64,000 bases of DNA from Octopus sinensis (GCF_006345805.1 NC_042998.1:22444001-22508000); one strand, 5' to 3'; positions 1 to 13,462 are shown, counted from the stretch's first letter. Notes: generated from the letters alone by a model not told the origin. Numbers and translations: made by a program.

Positions 1-107
1 TGCAGAACGAGCAAGCAATGCCTTGGATTATCTTAGCAGAACTAGAAACAAATTAGAAAAATGAGCAGTTGTTTTCAGGCCATATAGAATTTTGGTATTG
101 GAGATAA

Positions 108-330
108 GGCGGCGAGCTGGCAGAAACGTTAGCACTCCGGGCGAAATGCGTAGCCGTATTTCGTCTGCCGTTACGTTCTGAGTTCAAATTCCGCCGAGGT
201 CGACTTTGCCTTTCATCCTTTCGGGGTCGATTAAATAAGTACCAGTTACACACTGGGATCAACTTAATCCGTTTGTCTGTCCTTGTTTGTCCTCTCTATG
301 TTTAGCCCCTTGTGGGTAGTAAAGAAATAG
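108..330 (+). mobile_element. SINE A, young full-length copy
   Basis: Head GGCGGCGAGCTGGCAGAAACGTTAGC, B-box GAGTTCAAATTCC, body GCCTTTCATCCTTTCGGGGTCGAT, tail AAAGAAATAG. TSD GTATTGGAGAT at 95-105 and 331-341. Confidence 0.9.
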
Positions 331-947
331 GTATTGGAGATGACGGGGAGAGTCTTGCCTCAGGTAATTTATCGACTAAAAAAAAAAAGTAGCGAAGTGT
401 TTGAAAGCTTCCACCATTAAATTGTAAACTCATAGATCCACTGTCCTGGTTTTATTATTCCGTGATGAAATTTGCCATTTGATTGGTTGGGCAGTTGTTG
501 CAAGATCCGGTCGATCTGCTGTAGAGATTATATGTGATAGCCTCAATCCTGTTAGGAACTGTGCTGAGTATCACTTAGCAAATAGTAATATAAGTAGTTT
601 CTCTCTAATATGATAAGTAATTCCTCCTTCATAATTTATTCCCGTATAACACTGATATATAATGCCAGTAGGATATGCTTTAGTTGAGCTTTTTGAGAGC
701 TTACACGTGCAGTGAAACATTAGGAAGTATCTGAAGGGTTTTGCTAGAGATATCCAAGTATAACGGAAGAGGCATTTCTGTTGATCGAACAATTGCAAAA
801 GTCATTGTCGAACCAGCTGGGAGAAACGTTAAAGCATCGTTAGAATACTTTTCTGTATTTGTTTCGGCTGTTTATGTGGAGTTCAAATCCTGCCGAGGTC
901 AAATTTTCCCTACATTCTTTCAAAGTTGACAGAATAAGTACCAGTAA

Positions 948-1179
948 GGCGGTGAGATGGCAGAAACGTTAGCGCGCTGGACGAAATGCTTAGCGGTATT
1001 TCGTCTGCCGCTACGTTCTGAGTTCAAATTCCGACGAGGTCGACTTTGCCTTTCATCCTTTCGGGGTCGATAATTTAAGTACCAGTTACGCACTGGGGTC
1101 GATGTAATCGACTTAGCCCCTTTGTCTGTCCTTGTTTGTCCACTCTATGTTTAGCTCACTGAGGGCAATAAAGAAATAA
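948..1179 (+). mobile_element. SINE A copy nested in an older SINE A-like copy (~814-1215)
   Basis: Same consensus as 108-330. TSD GAATAAGTACCAGT at 932-945 and 1180-1193. Confidence 0.9.
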
Positions 1180-1348
1180 GAATAAGTACCAGTGATGAAC
1201 TGGTGTCGATGTAGTTGCTTTTCCTTGTCTTTTGTTGTTATAACCGCTTAATTGTTTTATGTTTTATCTATTGAAATTAGAAAATGCCATAAAATCTTGC
1301 ATTTGTCTGTCTTAGATACGCTGTCAACTCGATAATTATAAATTTTTT

Positions 1349-1872
1349 AGTGAGTGGGAGAGTAGTGCACGCCATCAGAGTGACACTGGGGAACAAATAT
1401 ACAAAGCCCAGTATACCCATCATGACTACCCATCTGATAAGGGTATACCAGGCACATGCATCACAACCATATGTGCGCGACATGGTGATCTCATATAAGA
1501 GAAACAGCGCATGACCTTGCAGGTGGGACCCGTTAGATTTTTCTTCAGGTCAAGTAGCCCATCCTGCTCAAAAGGTCCCTGAATAAGGGTCGTTTAAGGA
1601 TGATGAACAACACACCCATGTTTCCAAAGAATTCCTCTCAACATATGGCGATGATGCTCTCCCACTAATACTGCTGCTCGTGATCAGAGATGCACATATC
1701 GTCAGCCACTAAGGGAATTGCTCAACTGGTTAAGGTCAAACAACTGACAAGCAAATCTGTGGTATTGAGCAGAATATTTGCTGTAGTTCATCTTTTATAC
1801 CAAGACAAAACAATGTACATCATAATAATTCCAATCATTTAAGATCAAAAGCCATGAAACTCACTGCCTGGT
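1349..1872 (-). mobile_element. 5'-truncated non-LTR retroelement 3' segment
   Basis: Closely matches 8713-9184. That copy abuts an (ATT)n run, read as a (TAA)n tail on the minus strand. Confidence 0.65.
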
Positions 1873-2104
1873 ATCCTGACTGGGATGCCATCAGCGATCA
1901 GGATGACCAGGATGTGTGGGCTTACTTGGTTGTCCCTGAGAGGAAACTATGCCCTTTTGGGAACTTTTATTGTTCAATTTTTGTTGTTAATTGTATTGTC
2001 TTATTTTACACACGAATATTGTGCTAAACTCAACTTGTCCCTTGTGTTGTATTGTCCTTTTTTGTTTTATGTTTGGCCCTTGTGGCCAATAAAGAAGAAA
2101 TTAT

Positions 2105-2326
2105 TGACAGAATCGTTAACACGCTAGACGAAATGCTTAGCAGTATTTCGTCTGTTGATACGTTCTGAGTTCAAATTCCGCTGAGGTCGACTTTGCCTTT
2201 CATCGTTTCGGGGTCGATAAATTAAGTACCAGTTACACACTGGAGTCGATATGATCGACTTAATCCGTCTGTCTGTCCTTGTTTGTCTCCTCTGTGTTTA
2301 GCCCCTTGTGGGTAGTAAAGAAATGG
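2105..2326 (+). mobile_element. SINE A copy
   Basis: Matches the SINE A consensus. Tail AAAGAAATGG is followed by GTATTTCG. Confidence 0.88.
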
Positions 2327-2334
2327 GTATTTCG

Positions 2335-2686
2335 GAGGGATTGTTTTCAGACGTGTTTGATTGTTTGTTTGTCCATGGACAAGATATCTCAAGAACCGCT
2401 GGATGGATGCGGATGAAACTTTCAGAGATGTTTGGCTTCGTGACTGGCACGAACTGATTAGATTTTGGAATCGATCCGGTCACGGACAAGGATTCTAGAT
2501 TATTTATCCCGTTTTTTTTTTTTTACTAAATTTTGAGAGCGGTTGGGTTCATTTTTAGTATTCTCGATTGTGAGAGCAGTCGAGTTTATTTAAGATATTC
2601 TCATTTTAAAAATCATCTTTGGTTAATCGTTGAGAGAACGTTGGTGTTGCCTTTGCGGAGGTTTGCGCGCCCTGAGTGCTCTTGTT
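2335..2686. mobile_element. Non-autonomous DNA element, possibly Crypton-like
   Basis: TGTTTGTTTGTCC...GATATCTCAAGAACCGCTGGATGGAT...GAAACTTT start and GGAGGTTTGCGCGCCCTGAGTGCTCTTG end resemble widespread non-autonomous elements. Family assignment is from memory. Confidence 0.4.
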
Positions 2687-2858
2687 ATTGAATATTATTA
2701 GGAATTGTATGAAAATAATTGTGAAAATATTTCGTGTATCGTAGAAGTATAACCCGTTCATTGCAGATAAATTTTAACAACAAAATCGTATGCAGACCCT
2801 TAAAGGTTATGTGGACCCTGATTGAGAACCGCTGGTTTGGATGAGTGCGATGAGAGAG

Positions 2859-3318
2859 ATCATCATCATCGTTTAACGTCCGCTTTCCATGCCAGCATGG
2901 TTTGGACGGTTCGACCGGGGTCTGACAAGCCAGGAGGCTGCACCAGGCTCGTCTGATCTGGCAGTGTTTCTACAGCTGGATGCCCTTCCTAACGCCAACC
3001 ACTCCTTGAGTGCTTTTTATGTGCCACCGGCACAGGTGCCAGACGAGGCTGGCAAACGGCCACGATAGGTTGGTGCTTTTTACGCGCCACCGGCACGGAA
3101 GCCAGTCAATGCGGCACTGGCATCGGCCACGTTCAGATGGTGCTTTTTACGTGCCACCGGCACAGGTGCCAGGGGAGGCTGGAAACGGCCACGATTGGTT
3201 GGTGCTTTCTACGTTCCACAGGCACGGAAGCCAGTCAAGGCGGCACTGGCATCGGCCACATTCGGATGGTGCTTTTTACGTGCCACCGACACAGGTATCA
3301 CAACTACAATTTCCATTG
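2859..3318 (-). mobile_element. RTE-related SINE/retroposon with internal ~126-bp tandem duplication
   Basis: (GAT)n tail on the minus strand and the GCGTTAGGAAGGGCATCCAGCTGTAG motif. The GTGCTTTT(T)ACGTGCCACCGGCACAGGTGCCAG unit repeats at ~3010, 3140 and 3269. Related copy at 42937-43295. Confidence 0.7.
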
Positions 3319-3668
3319 CTGCTGATGTACTGTGGTAGGTAAAACGGGATCATGTTATTAAGTTGTCATTTGGCCCCAAATCTGCTCTGATCTGGCGGCC
3401 AGTATTATTTTTCAGACACAGTTTATCAAGGAACACATTATCCAGTTTGTATCTTTTTTAACAGTAGGGTGTGCTGTCTAACCGTTCGAGTAACCATGTT
3501 TAGGTATTCTCATTGCTTCGTCGAATACCCGGTATACACTGGGGGCTAATTCAAGTGTCATTGTCACATTACTTGACATGCAAAAGCTGGTCTCGTAGTC
3601 TAATGAAATTATTGAATGCAATTACTGATTCGGGTAGGCGTGCATGCGTGCGTGCGCATATACATGTA

Positions 3669-3677
3669 CGTGTGTGT

Positions 3678-3720
<43 letters not shown>

Positions 3721-3765
3721 GTGTGTGTGTGTGTGTGTGTGTGTGTTTGTGTGTGTGCGCGCGTG
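3669..3765. repeat. (GT)n microsatellite
   Basis: Seen directly. Confidence 0.95.
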
Positions 3766-4005
3766 ATTGAGGTTGAATGTGTTACTTGTTTGTCTTTTTT
3801 GGCAGTGTTTGTTTTCTTTATTTCTTCAAAATTTTGTCATATATATATATATTCTTCGTTTCAATAAGAATATAACATATTCCATTTGCTTTCTCTCCGC
3901 GTCACGATTGCTTTTCGCTGTTAATTGAAACAACAAAACACTTGAGTGGAAAAGATAAAAGAAAAAGCCTAGCAAACACGTAAGACTCCAAGAGAAAGAA
4001 AGAAA

Positions 4006-4022
4006 GATATATATATATATAT

Positions 4023-4074
<52 letters not shown>

Positions 4075-4190
4075 GATAGATAGAGAGATAGAGATAGATA
4101 GAGAGATAGATAGATGAATAGAGATAGATAGAGAGATAGAGAGATAGATAGATAGATAGATAGATAGTAGATAGATAGATAGATAAATAG

Positions 4191-4225
<35 letters not shown>

Positions 4226-4293
4226 AGATAGATAGAAGATAGATAGATAAATAGAGATAGATAGATAGATAGATAGATAGATAGGATAGATAG

Positions 4294-4383
<90 letters not shown>

Positions 4384-4807
4384 GGATAGAGAGAGAGAGA
4401 GGGGGGAGGATAGATTGAATGTGAAATAGAAGGGAAGTGGGAGAAGTGTGGAAAGAGATAGGAGGAGGAGTATCGTGTGCAGTGTGGAAAAATGTGTTGT
4501 ATAAAATGTGATTGAGATTCAAATGAAGCCGGAAGGAGGGAAAATTTGAAGGGAAATTACTAGGAGCGTTAAAAATGGATTGAATGCAATGCACTCACAC
4601 ACACACACACGCTCAGACACTTATAAATGTATAACCATATGAAAACATACATGCATGAGTATATATAAAGATATGCATGTATATACGTACACACACATAT
4701 ATCCACACAGACACACGCAAACACATTTATACAGATATAATTTACATGATATTTACATATACTCATATATATTTGCATATACATATGTACATTCATACAT
4801 ACATGCA

Positions 4808-4838
<31 letters not shown>

Positions 4839-5431
4839 CACACACAGACACACATATATATATGTATATATATAGATAGACCAATATATACATATATTTA
4901 TAGATAGATAGATAGATAGGATAGATAGATAGATAGATAGATAGATAGAAAGATAGAAAGAGATATAGAGATATAGACAGCGAGATAAATAGATACAAAG
5001 ATAGATAGATATGGATATATATACACACATATATACACACTATATTATATATATATATATATGTAAATAGATAGATATGAATATATATATATATCTATAT
5101 ACACACATATATACACACTATTATATATATATATGTAAATAGATAGATATGAATATATATATATCTATATACACACATATATACACACTATTATATATAT
5201 ATATATATATGTAAATAGATAGATATGAATATATATATATCTATATACACACATATATACACACTATTATATATATATATATATGTAAATAGATAGATAT
5301 GAATATATATATCTATATACATATATATATATAATATATATAGATAGATAGATAGATATAAATATATATATAGAGAGAGAGATAGATAGATATGAATATA
5401 TATATATAGACAGATAGATAGATTGATATGA

Positions 5432-5509
<78 letters not shown>

Positions 5510-5813
5510 CACACAAACACAGAGGCGGAGAGAATCGTGGCGGAGAGGAAGAAAACAAAAGAAGCCAGTATAATGGCACGACTGACAGAGAAAAAGAAGG
5601 ATAGATAATAAAGAAATGTTTATGTGTGACTAATATCCACTTACATGATGTACACATAATGGACAGCCACACACGTTTGTACAGACGCACGAAGGAAAAT
5701 GCGTCCGTGAAAATGTAAACGCAAAATGAAAGCGACTGAAATAGATAGATGGGTGGTTGGACAGATATACGTACACATATGCGTGCGTGAGTGTGTATCT
5801 ATACACTCGTATG

Positions 5814-5869
<56 letters not shown>

Positions 5870-5971
5870 GATATGTTTCTTTATTAGCCACACAGGGCTG
5901 CACACAGATAGAACAAATTACAAGGTAGAGCTTTTCTTTTGAAGGTATTAAAAAAAAAAAAAAAAAAAAAG

Positions 5972-6005
<34 letters not shown>

Positions 6006-6463
6006 TGAGAGAGATGTAGTTACATTTGTGGTTGTGTATACATATATATATATGTATGTATGTATATATATATATATATCTGTGAATTGGTGTTTGTGTG
6101 TGTATATACACGTATGTATGTGTTTATACATACACATGTGTTTGGTGTCTGTGTTTGTATATATATAAGTATGTGCATATATAAACACAGTGTTTGCGTA
6201 TGTACACCGACGTGTTCTATATATATATATATATATCTATATCTATATATATATATATATATATAATATATATATATATAGTATATATATATATAGATAT
6301 ATATATATATATAGAGAGATATTATATATATATATATAGATATATATATATAATATATATTATATATATATATATAGAACACACTTCAGAATACATACAC
6401 ACACAGTATATACACTTTGTTGTCCTTTATGTTTCATGTCACTTTCGTTCTCCCTATATATAC

Positions 6464-6556
<93 letters not shown>

Positions 6557-7496
6557 ATGCAGAGAGGGAGAGAGAGAGAGACATAGAAAGACAGACAGAC
6601 AAACAGTGAGAGAGAGGGAGAGAGGGGGAGCGTGGGGGAGAGAGAGTCAGAGATTGGATAGTAAGCTCTTTAGATAAACCGGTGAGAGAGGAAGAGTGTG
6701 TTCGAGAGCAAGTGAGAGACAATGAGGGAGAATTGGAGGGAGAGAGAGAGAGAGAAGAGAGAGAGAGTGTGTGTGTGTGTGGAACATTAGTGATTTTCAT
6801 TTGTGTTCTTCTGTTTGTTTTTATAATGATTTCTTCATCTTTAATTCAGTGAGACAGAATAAAATGTTAAGTGGTGACATAAAATTCGGAAGAAGAAAAA
6901 TGAAGGTAAAAAATAAATAAATAAATAACCATGAAACTAAATGAACTAAATGAGAGAGAGAGAGACAGTGAGAGAGAGAGAGACAGTGAGAGAGAGAGAG
7001 ACAGTGAGAGAGAGAGACAGTGAGAGAGAGAGAGACAGTGAGAGAGAGAGAGACAGTGAGAGAGAGAGGGAGAGAGTGGGTGGGAGGAAGAGGAAGGGAG
7101 AGGGAGGAAGAGAGGGGGAGAAAGAGAGACACGAAAACATAAAGGACAACAAAGGTGTATATAGTGTGTGTGTATATATACCGAAGTGTGTTCCATATAT
7201 ATATATATATAATATATAATATATATATATATATATATATAGTACATGCGTGCATATATATATAAACACATACATATATACATATATGTATATACATATA
7301 TACAGACATATATGTATATACATACAGACATATGTATATGGATACATACAGGCATATGTATATGCATACATACACATATATACATATATATATGTATATA
7401 TGAGTATATACACATATACATATTTATATACATTTATACACATATATACATACATTTATGCACATATATACCTCTATATATGTATATACCTATATG

Positions 7497-7555
<59 letters not shown>

Positions 7556-7716
7556 ATACCTATATATGTATAGTCCTATATATGTATATATGTATATTCA
7601 TATATACACATATGCATATATACGTATATACATATATACACACATTGTGCGTATATGTATAGTTATGTATATATGTATACACACACAAATATGTATGTGT
7701 GCGTGTGTGTGTACGT
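4006..7716. repeat. Compound microsatellite/minisatellite field
   Basis: (TA)n, (GA)n and (GATA)n tracts; a ~78-bp minisatellite at ~5015-5320; (AG)nACAGTG repeats at 6950-7065; short unique spacers between. Confidence 0.9.
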
Positions 7717-8012
7717 GAGTATGCAGTGGACGGCGATGGGGAAGAGAGGAAACGGTAATATAAAAGGAAAGATTGCGAAAATGTGACATAGTTTGAAACT
7801 AAAGAAATAGATTGGTCGAGAATAAACACGAGGAAATTATTGATGAGAAGGAAGCACAAGGACACACACACTCAATGAGGAGGTTGTGATAACAAAAACA
7901 TTACCAAAATACTGATGACAATGAAGACTGGTAATAGTAGCAGTAGTAGCAGTAGTAGTAGTAGTAGTAGTAATAGTAGTAATAGTAGCAGCAGTAGCAG
8001 AGGTGGTGGTGT

Positions 8013-8400
8013 GGAGGCGCAATGGCCCAGTGGTTAAGGCAGCGGACTCGCGGTCGAAGGATCGCGGTTTCGATTCCCAGACCGGGCGCTGTGAGTGTTT
8101 ATTGAGCGCGAAAACACCTAAAAAGCTCCACGAGGCTCCGGCAGGGGATGGTGGTGATCCCTGCTGTACTCTTTCACCACAACTTTCTCTCTCACTCTTA
8201 CTTCCTGTTTCTGTTGTACCTGTATTTCAAAGGGCCGGCCTTGTCACTCTCTGTGTCACGCTGAATATCCCCGAGAACTACGTTAAGGGTGCACGTGTCT
8301 GTGGAGTGCTCAGCCACTTACACGTTAATTTCACGAGCAGGCTGTTCCGTTGATTCGGATCAACCGGAACCCTCATCGTCATAACCGACGGAGTGCTTCC
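8013..8400 (+). mobile_element. SINE C (tRNA-derived)
   Basis: tRNA-like head GGAGGCGCAATGGCCCAGTGGTTAAGGCAGCGGACTCGCGGTCG...GGTTTCGATTCCC. Related copies at 18686, 34470 and 41296. Confidence 0.85.
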
Positions 8401-8485
8401 ACCAGAGGTGGTGGTGGTTGTAATAGCAGTGACGGCGATAGTGGTGGAGTTATTATCATTATTATTATTATTAGTAGTAGTAGTA

Positions 8486-8682
8486 GGGCGGTGAGCTGGC
8501 AGAAACGTTAGCACTCCGGGCAAAATGCCTTGCGGTATTTCGTCCCTCTTCACGCCCTGAGTTCAAGTTCCACCGAGGTCAACTTTGCTTTTCATCCTTT
8601 GGGGAACGATACACTAAGTACCAGTTTCGCACTGGGGTCGTCTTCATCCCTTCTCCCAAATTTCAGGCCATGTAGAAAGGAT
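8486..8682 (+). mobile_element. Older SINE A variant with a different 3' tail
   Basis: SINE A head and body with the tail CCCAAATTTCAGGCC...GTAGAAAGGATTATT. Confidence 0.8.
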
Positions 8683-8712
8683 TATTATTATTATTATTAT
8701 TATCATTATTAT

Positions 8713-9184
8713 TGAGTGAGAGAGCAGTGCATGCCATCAAACTGACACTAGGGTACAAATATACGAAGCCCAGTATACCCATTTTGACTACCCGTCTGAT
8801 AAGGGTACACTAGGCACATGCATCACAACCATATGTGTGCGACATGGTGATCTCATATCAAGATAAACAGCGCATAAATTTGCAGGTGGGGCCCAGTTAG
8901 AATTTTCTTCAGGTCGAGTAGCTCATCCCGCTCAAAAGTTCCCTGAATAAGGGTTTTGTAAGAATGATAAACAAAACGCCTATGTTTCCAGAGGTGAATT
9001 ATCCAAACCGCAAAGAATTCCTCTCAACACATGTCTATGATGCTTCCCCACGACCTCTGCTCTTAATCAGAGATACACATATCATCAGCCACTAAGGAAC
9101 ATGCTCAACTGGTTAAGGTCAAACAACTGACAAGCAAATCTGCGGTATTGAGCAGAATACTTGCTGTAGCACATCTTTTATACC
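8713..9184 (-). mobile_element. 5'-truncated non-LTR retroelement 3' segment
   Basis: Second copy of 1349-1872, flanked by (ATT)n. Confidence 0.65.
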
Positions 9185-9874
9185 ATTATTAGTATTAATT
9201 ATTATTATTATTATTATTATATCACTATATGTGTTTAGCGTGCAGATCTCTCCCTTGAGATATTTTCTCTCAAACATATCCTAAATTTAATGATTTTGTT
9301 TCAGGTATCAGTGGTTCCAATAGTTCAGAAAAGAATGAAAATAGTGAGAAATGAAATGTACCACAAAATACTACCAATACACCAATTCCACTGGTGCGTT
9401 ACTCAATCAAAGAAATGCAATACATACAAAGTTCTCTAATATACCTTGAACTCACATGAGTAAAAAAGAAAAGAGAGACAGACAAATTAAAGGAAATTGT
9501 TCTTTGCATTTGAAAACTATGGAAATATTAAAAAAAAAACATTTCATTTAATTTTTTCCACAATTTAATTGTTTTTCTTCTTTTACTCTAAGTTGAAAAA
9601 GTCGCAAAGACTGAAACCGGTACTAAAATGTTTTTCAGGATAAAATTATTTTAGCATTTTCTACCTTGTCTTATTTTCCTTTTACATATCAACTCGTATA
9701 TTCCTTTTCAACATTCTCTCTCTTTCTAAAAAGAATAAATGGTATTATTGAAATGCCATTACGTGTGGCAAGCGAGTTATCATCCGTACAGGCAAATTAA
9801 TAAAATATATACATACAATACAAGATATATATATATATATATATCTTCTTTGCATTAACTTATATATATATATA

Positions 9875-10086
9875 AGTTAATTCAAACATGAAAGCACAAA
9901 AAAAAACACAACAACGCGAGGACGTGGAACAAATATAGTATTATTGGACGCTCAGTAGTATTATTGGACGAAAGAAGGAGGGTTCAACGTTTCGAGCAGA
10001 GCTCTTCGTCGGAAACATAGAAGGAAAGATCCAGAGAAGGGAAGACAGAGGGAAAAAAATCGCCAACGTTACACACGCGGTCACAC
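9875..10086 (-). mobile_element. Penelope-like terminal repeat with hammerhead-like motif
   Basis: Same family as 16669-16853 and 62135-62271. Minus strand reads GTTT CCGACGA A GAGC TCT GCTC GAAACGTT GAAC. Embedded in (TA)n. Confidence 0.65.
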
Positions 10087-10176
10087 TTTATATATATATA
10101 TATACCGGCGAGCTGGCAGAAACGTTAGCGCGCCGGGTGAAATGCTTAACTGTATTTCGCCTGTCTTTACTCTGTA

Positions 10177-10552
10177 GGCGCAGGAGTGGCTGTGTGGTAA
10201 GTAGCTTGCTTACCAACCACATGGTCCCACTGCATGGCACTTTGGGTAAGTGTCTTCTATTATAGCTTCGGTCCGACCAAAGCCTTGAGTGGATTTGGTA
10301 GATGGAAACTGCAAGAAGCCCGTTGTATATGTATATGTATGTGTGTGTATGTGTCTGTTTGTCCTCCAACATCGCTTGACAATCGATACTGGTGTGTTTA
10401 TGTTCCCGTAATGTAGCGGTTCGGTAAAAGACACCGATAGAGTAAGTACTAGGCTTACAAAGAATAAGCTCTGGGGACGATTTGCTCGACTAAAGGCGGT
10501 GCTCCAGCATGGCCGCAGTCAAATGACTGAAACAAGTAAAAGAGTAAAAGAA
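10177..10552 (+). mobile_element. SINE B (tRNA-derived, CORE-like, internal microsatellite)
   Basis: Head GGCGCAGGAGTGGCTGTGTGGTAAG, central TA/TG tract, tail GACTGAAACAAGTAAAAGA. Confidence 0.88.
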
Positions 10553-10562
10553 TAATCCATTA

Positions 10563-10800
10563 TCTTTTAGCTTTTACTTGTTTCAGTTATTAGAATGCGA
10601 CCATGCTGGGGCACCACCGTGAAGAATTTGTGGTCGAATGAATCGATCCTAGTGTTTACTTTTTAATATGTGGTACTCGTTCTATTGGTCATATTTAGCG
10701 AACAACTAGGTTACAGGTAAGAAAGCACACCAACACCGGTTGTCAAGCGGTGGTGGGGGACAAACATACAGATAGACAGACAGACACAAACACACACATA
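10563..10800 (-). mobile_element. SINE B 3' half, diverged
   Basis: Reverse complement of the SINE B tail, lying tail-to-tail with 10177-10552. Confidence 0.8.
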
Positions 10801-10909
10801 TATGTATATATAAAATCACATTCGTTTTGACTGCTCTTTTAGCGTGTAAAAATTACTTGTCAAAGGTAGTTTTCTCTTGTGTTTAAATGTACACTATTTT
10901 TTATATATA

Positions 10910-10950
<41 letters not shown>

Positions 10951-11382
10951 TAAGAAAGTTTGTTTGGCAAAGCACGTGGGTGAATATATAAGAAAATAGT
11001 AAAGTGTGAAAAAACGACAGAAGGCTTAAATGTTAAAAAATATATATATTTGTGTCAAAATGTCTGGAGAATATTGGAAAAAATTTTTTTCCCTTTCCTT
11101 AAAATGACAAATTTAAAATTTTTAAAGAAATTACCGGTTTCGCGTGTAGCTTTTCGAATTTCTTGTGACGTTATGTTTATATTGCATGGAGTTATCGTTG
11201 TTTTTATTTCCAGGAGATTTCTAAATAAGGGGAGGTAGTGAGTGATTTCTTCCGGTGTAAGGGAGATAATCGCTTAAAATTTTTTTTTCCCTTTTCCTTG
11301 TTAATTTCTCTGTGTCAGTATGTTCGGATGGTTGAGTCTGGGTTTGTACTTTTCAATGAAGAATGTTTCCTTGTTCAGTCTC

Positions 11383-11420
<38 letters not shown>

Positions 11421-13462
11421 GCACAACAAGTTTCTTTCAGTTTCCGTCTACTGATTCCACTAATAAGGCTTTGGTTAGCTCGAGGCTAGAGTAGAAAGAA
11501 CTTGCCCAAGGTACCACGCAGTGGTATTGAATCCGGAACCATCTGGTTTGGAGGCAAGCTTCTTAGCACAGAGTCACGCTTGAACCTAACTCTGCACCTA
11601 ACTCTTCGTAACGATTACAAATTTTGGTGTAAAGCCAACAGTTTGGGGATGAACGGGTTAGTCAACTGCTTCTTATTTCATCGACCCCCAAAAGAATGAG
11701 AACAAACTCAACTTTGACGGTATTTGAACTCACAACAGATACAATTTGAAGAAATGTCGCTTGTCCGCCGTCATAACGAGTCATCCAGCTCACCGCCTTA
11801 ATCATAATCTCTATAATTTCTTTTTACTGTGGGCACATGACCTGAAATGTTGGAGGAAGAGGCTAGTCGAATATGTTAACCCAGAGCTCAACTGATATTT
11901 ATTTTATCGACTTCAAAAGATGAAAGGCAAGTCGATCCCGACGAAATTTCGACTCGGTACGTAACGAGTCGTATGAAATGCCGCTAAGCGTTTCTCTCTT
12001 ACATACTAACGATTCTACCAGTTCACCCCCTTACTGATATCGCAAGGTGAGATAGTTAATCAACCACGATGCCCAGAACTGTGAAATCCTTTCAGATTTC
12101 AAGATACCAAGTCTTGTTGCTTACTCTCTGCTTCTGCCTAAGTTGTATATCACTTAAAGAAACGAGCCATAGAAAGCATGTAGATGGATCTCCAACAGTC
12201 CCGAAGACGAATATCCAGTCGTTCGACTGAGCATTCTGGTTTTTGGTATGACATATAGAGCATATGTATGTGTATAAAGTTTGGTGTTATGAAAACATTT
12301 TCTCTCATGTTGGCAAGATCGAAAAATTTCGCTCTTGTATTTTAGATAGGTGTTCGGGCAAAAAGAGATTTTAAGAGAATTCTTTTCTCGGTAAGGTATT
12401 AACTGCTCTTTCCGCTACTGCTGGAGTAAAGCTTGACGTTGTAATCTGTGACATTGAGGACTCTCCACTTGATGTAATCCTTCAACGATTACACATGTAT
12501 AGCCAGGGCTATGACATTACGTCTCTCCTGGATATTAAGTGGGGATTAATGGTTGTTAAATCTAGTCCTGAAAAGACCTTCTGTCTTTCACTCATCCGTA
12601 TATCTGAATGCCCCAGAAAAGAATTATCTTAAAATACTTTCTTCACTCGGACACCTACTCAAACTGCAATACTGAAATTTTTCGCTGCTGGTCGCATAAA
12701 GCAAAAAAATCTGATCGCTCATCTACGGGTTCCACCATCATTATTAACACTAAGACCTCCACCATCTGTCGTTCTACCAACACAACTGAAAGTCCAGTAA
12801 AATTTTGACCACACCAAACCAATCACACGCATATGAACCCAGACATGAAGTTAAATGCTTTGGTACGCACTCGATCCTCGCTCCAAAACCCCTACGCACA
12901 TATCAACTCACCTCACCCCGCTTTAGCTGGTTTATCATTCGAATTCTTTGAGGCAACAGAAATAACTCCTTGCGGGTTCGATTCTATCTCTTAATTACCG
13001 CTCACGACTTCGTTTCGTGTTTTTTTTTTATGTCGCAGCACAAATAAACAAGATTTGATACTTCCACACCTCCATAAACAGAGTAGTCGCCGCTTTTTCT
13101 ATGCCGTACAACGTTGTGTTCTAATTTTTAAGATTCTAGGTTGATTAAGTTTTTGTTGCTATATCTTACAAAGCAATTGACTGCAAGGAAGCTTCCACAA
13201 TGCCTCAAGGGAGAGTGTGCATGTGTTTAATGTAAGTAGAAGAATTGTGTCTGTTACCTACTTTGAATTCTGAGTGACAAGTTTTTAAAATGCTATATTG
13301 TACAAGACAGCATATCACTAGGTTTACAAAAACTAGGTCTGATTCGGTTAATACGAAACACCTTGCCTATATATACAATATATGCATGAACAGAAAAATT
13401 ATTTAGCCGGACAGGTTTTAATTGTGTTGGAATGTTATCAACTTCTGAAAATCCTTTTTAAC

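Noticed and set aside
53-262. Recurrent ORF 'RPRKDERQSRPRRNLNSERNGRR' (also at 25347, 25580, 25982, 26373, 31665, 33261, 33979, 58431)
   Set aside because: It is the antisense translation of SINE A, not a gene family.
3513-7871. Many long ORFs rich in Y/I/C/V/H/T/L/S
   Set aside because: These are stop-free translations of (TA)n, (CA)n, (GA)n and (GATA)n tracts. The same applies at 14.6-15.2, 23.5-24.1, 37.2 and 57.2-57.7 kb.
8013-8085. tRNA-like sequences at SINE heads (also 34470, 41296, 10177)
   Set aside because: They have A and B boxes but no complete acceptor stem, and they continue into SINE bodies, so they are not tRNA genes.
12040-13250. Possible decayed LINE reverse-transcriptase region
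   Set aside because: The composition is suggestive, but I could not read a convincing RT motif.
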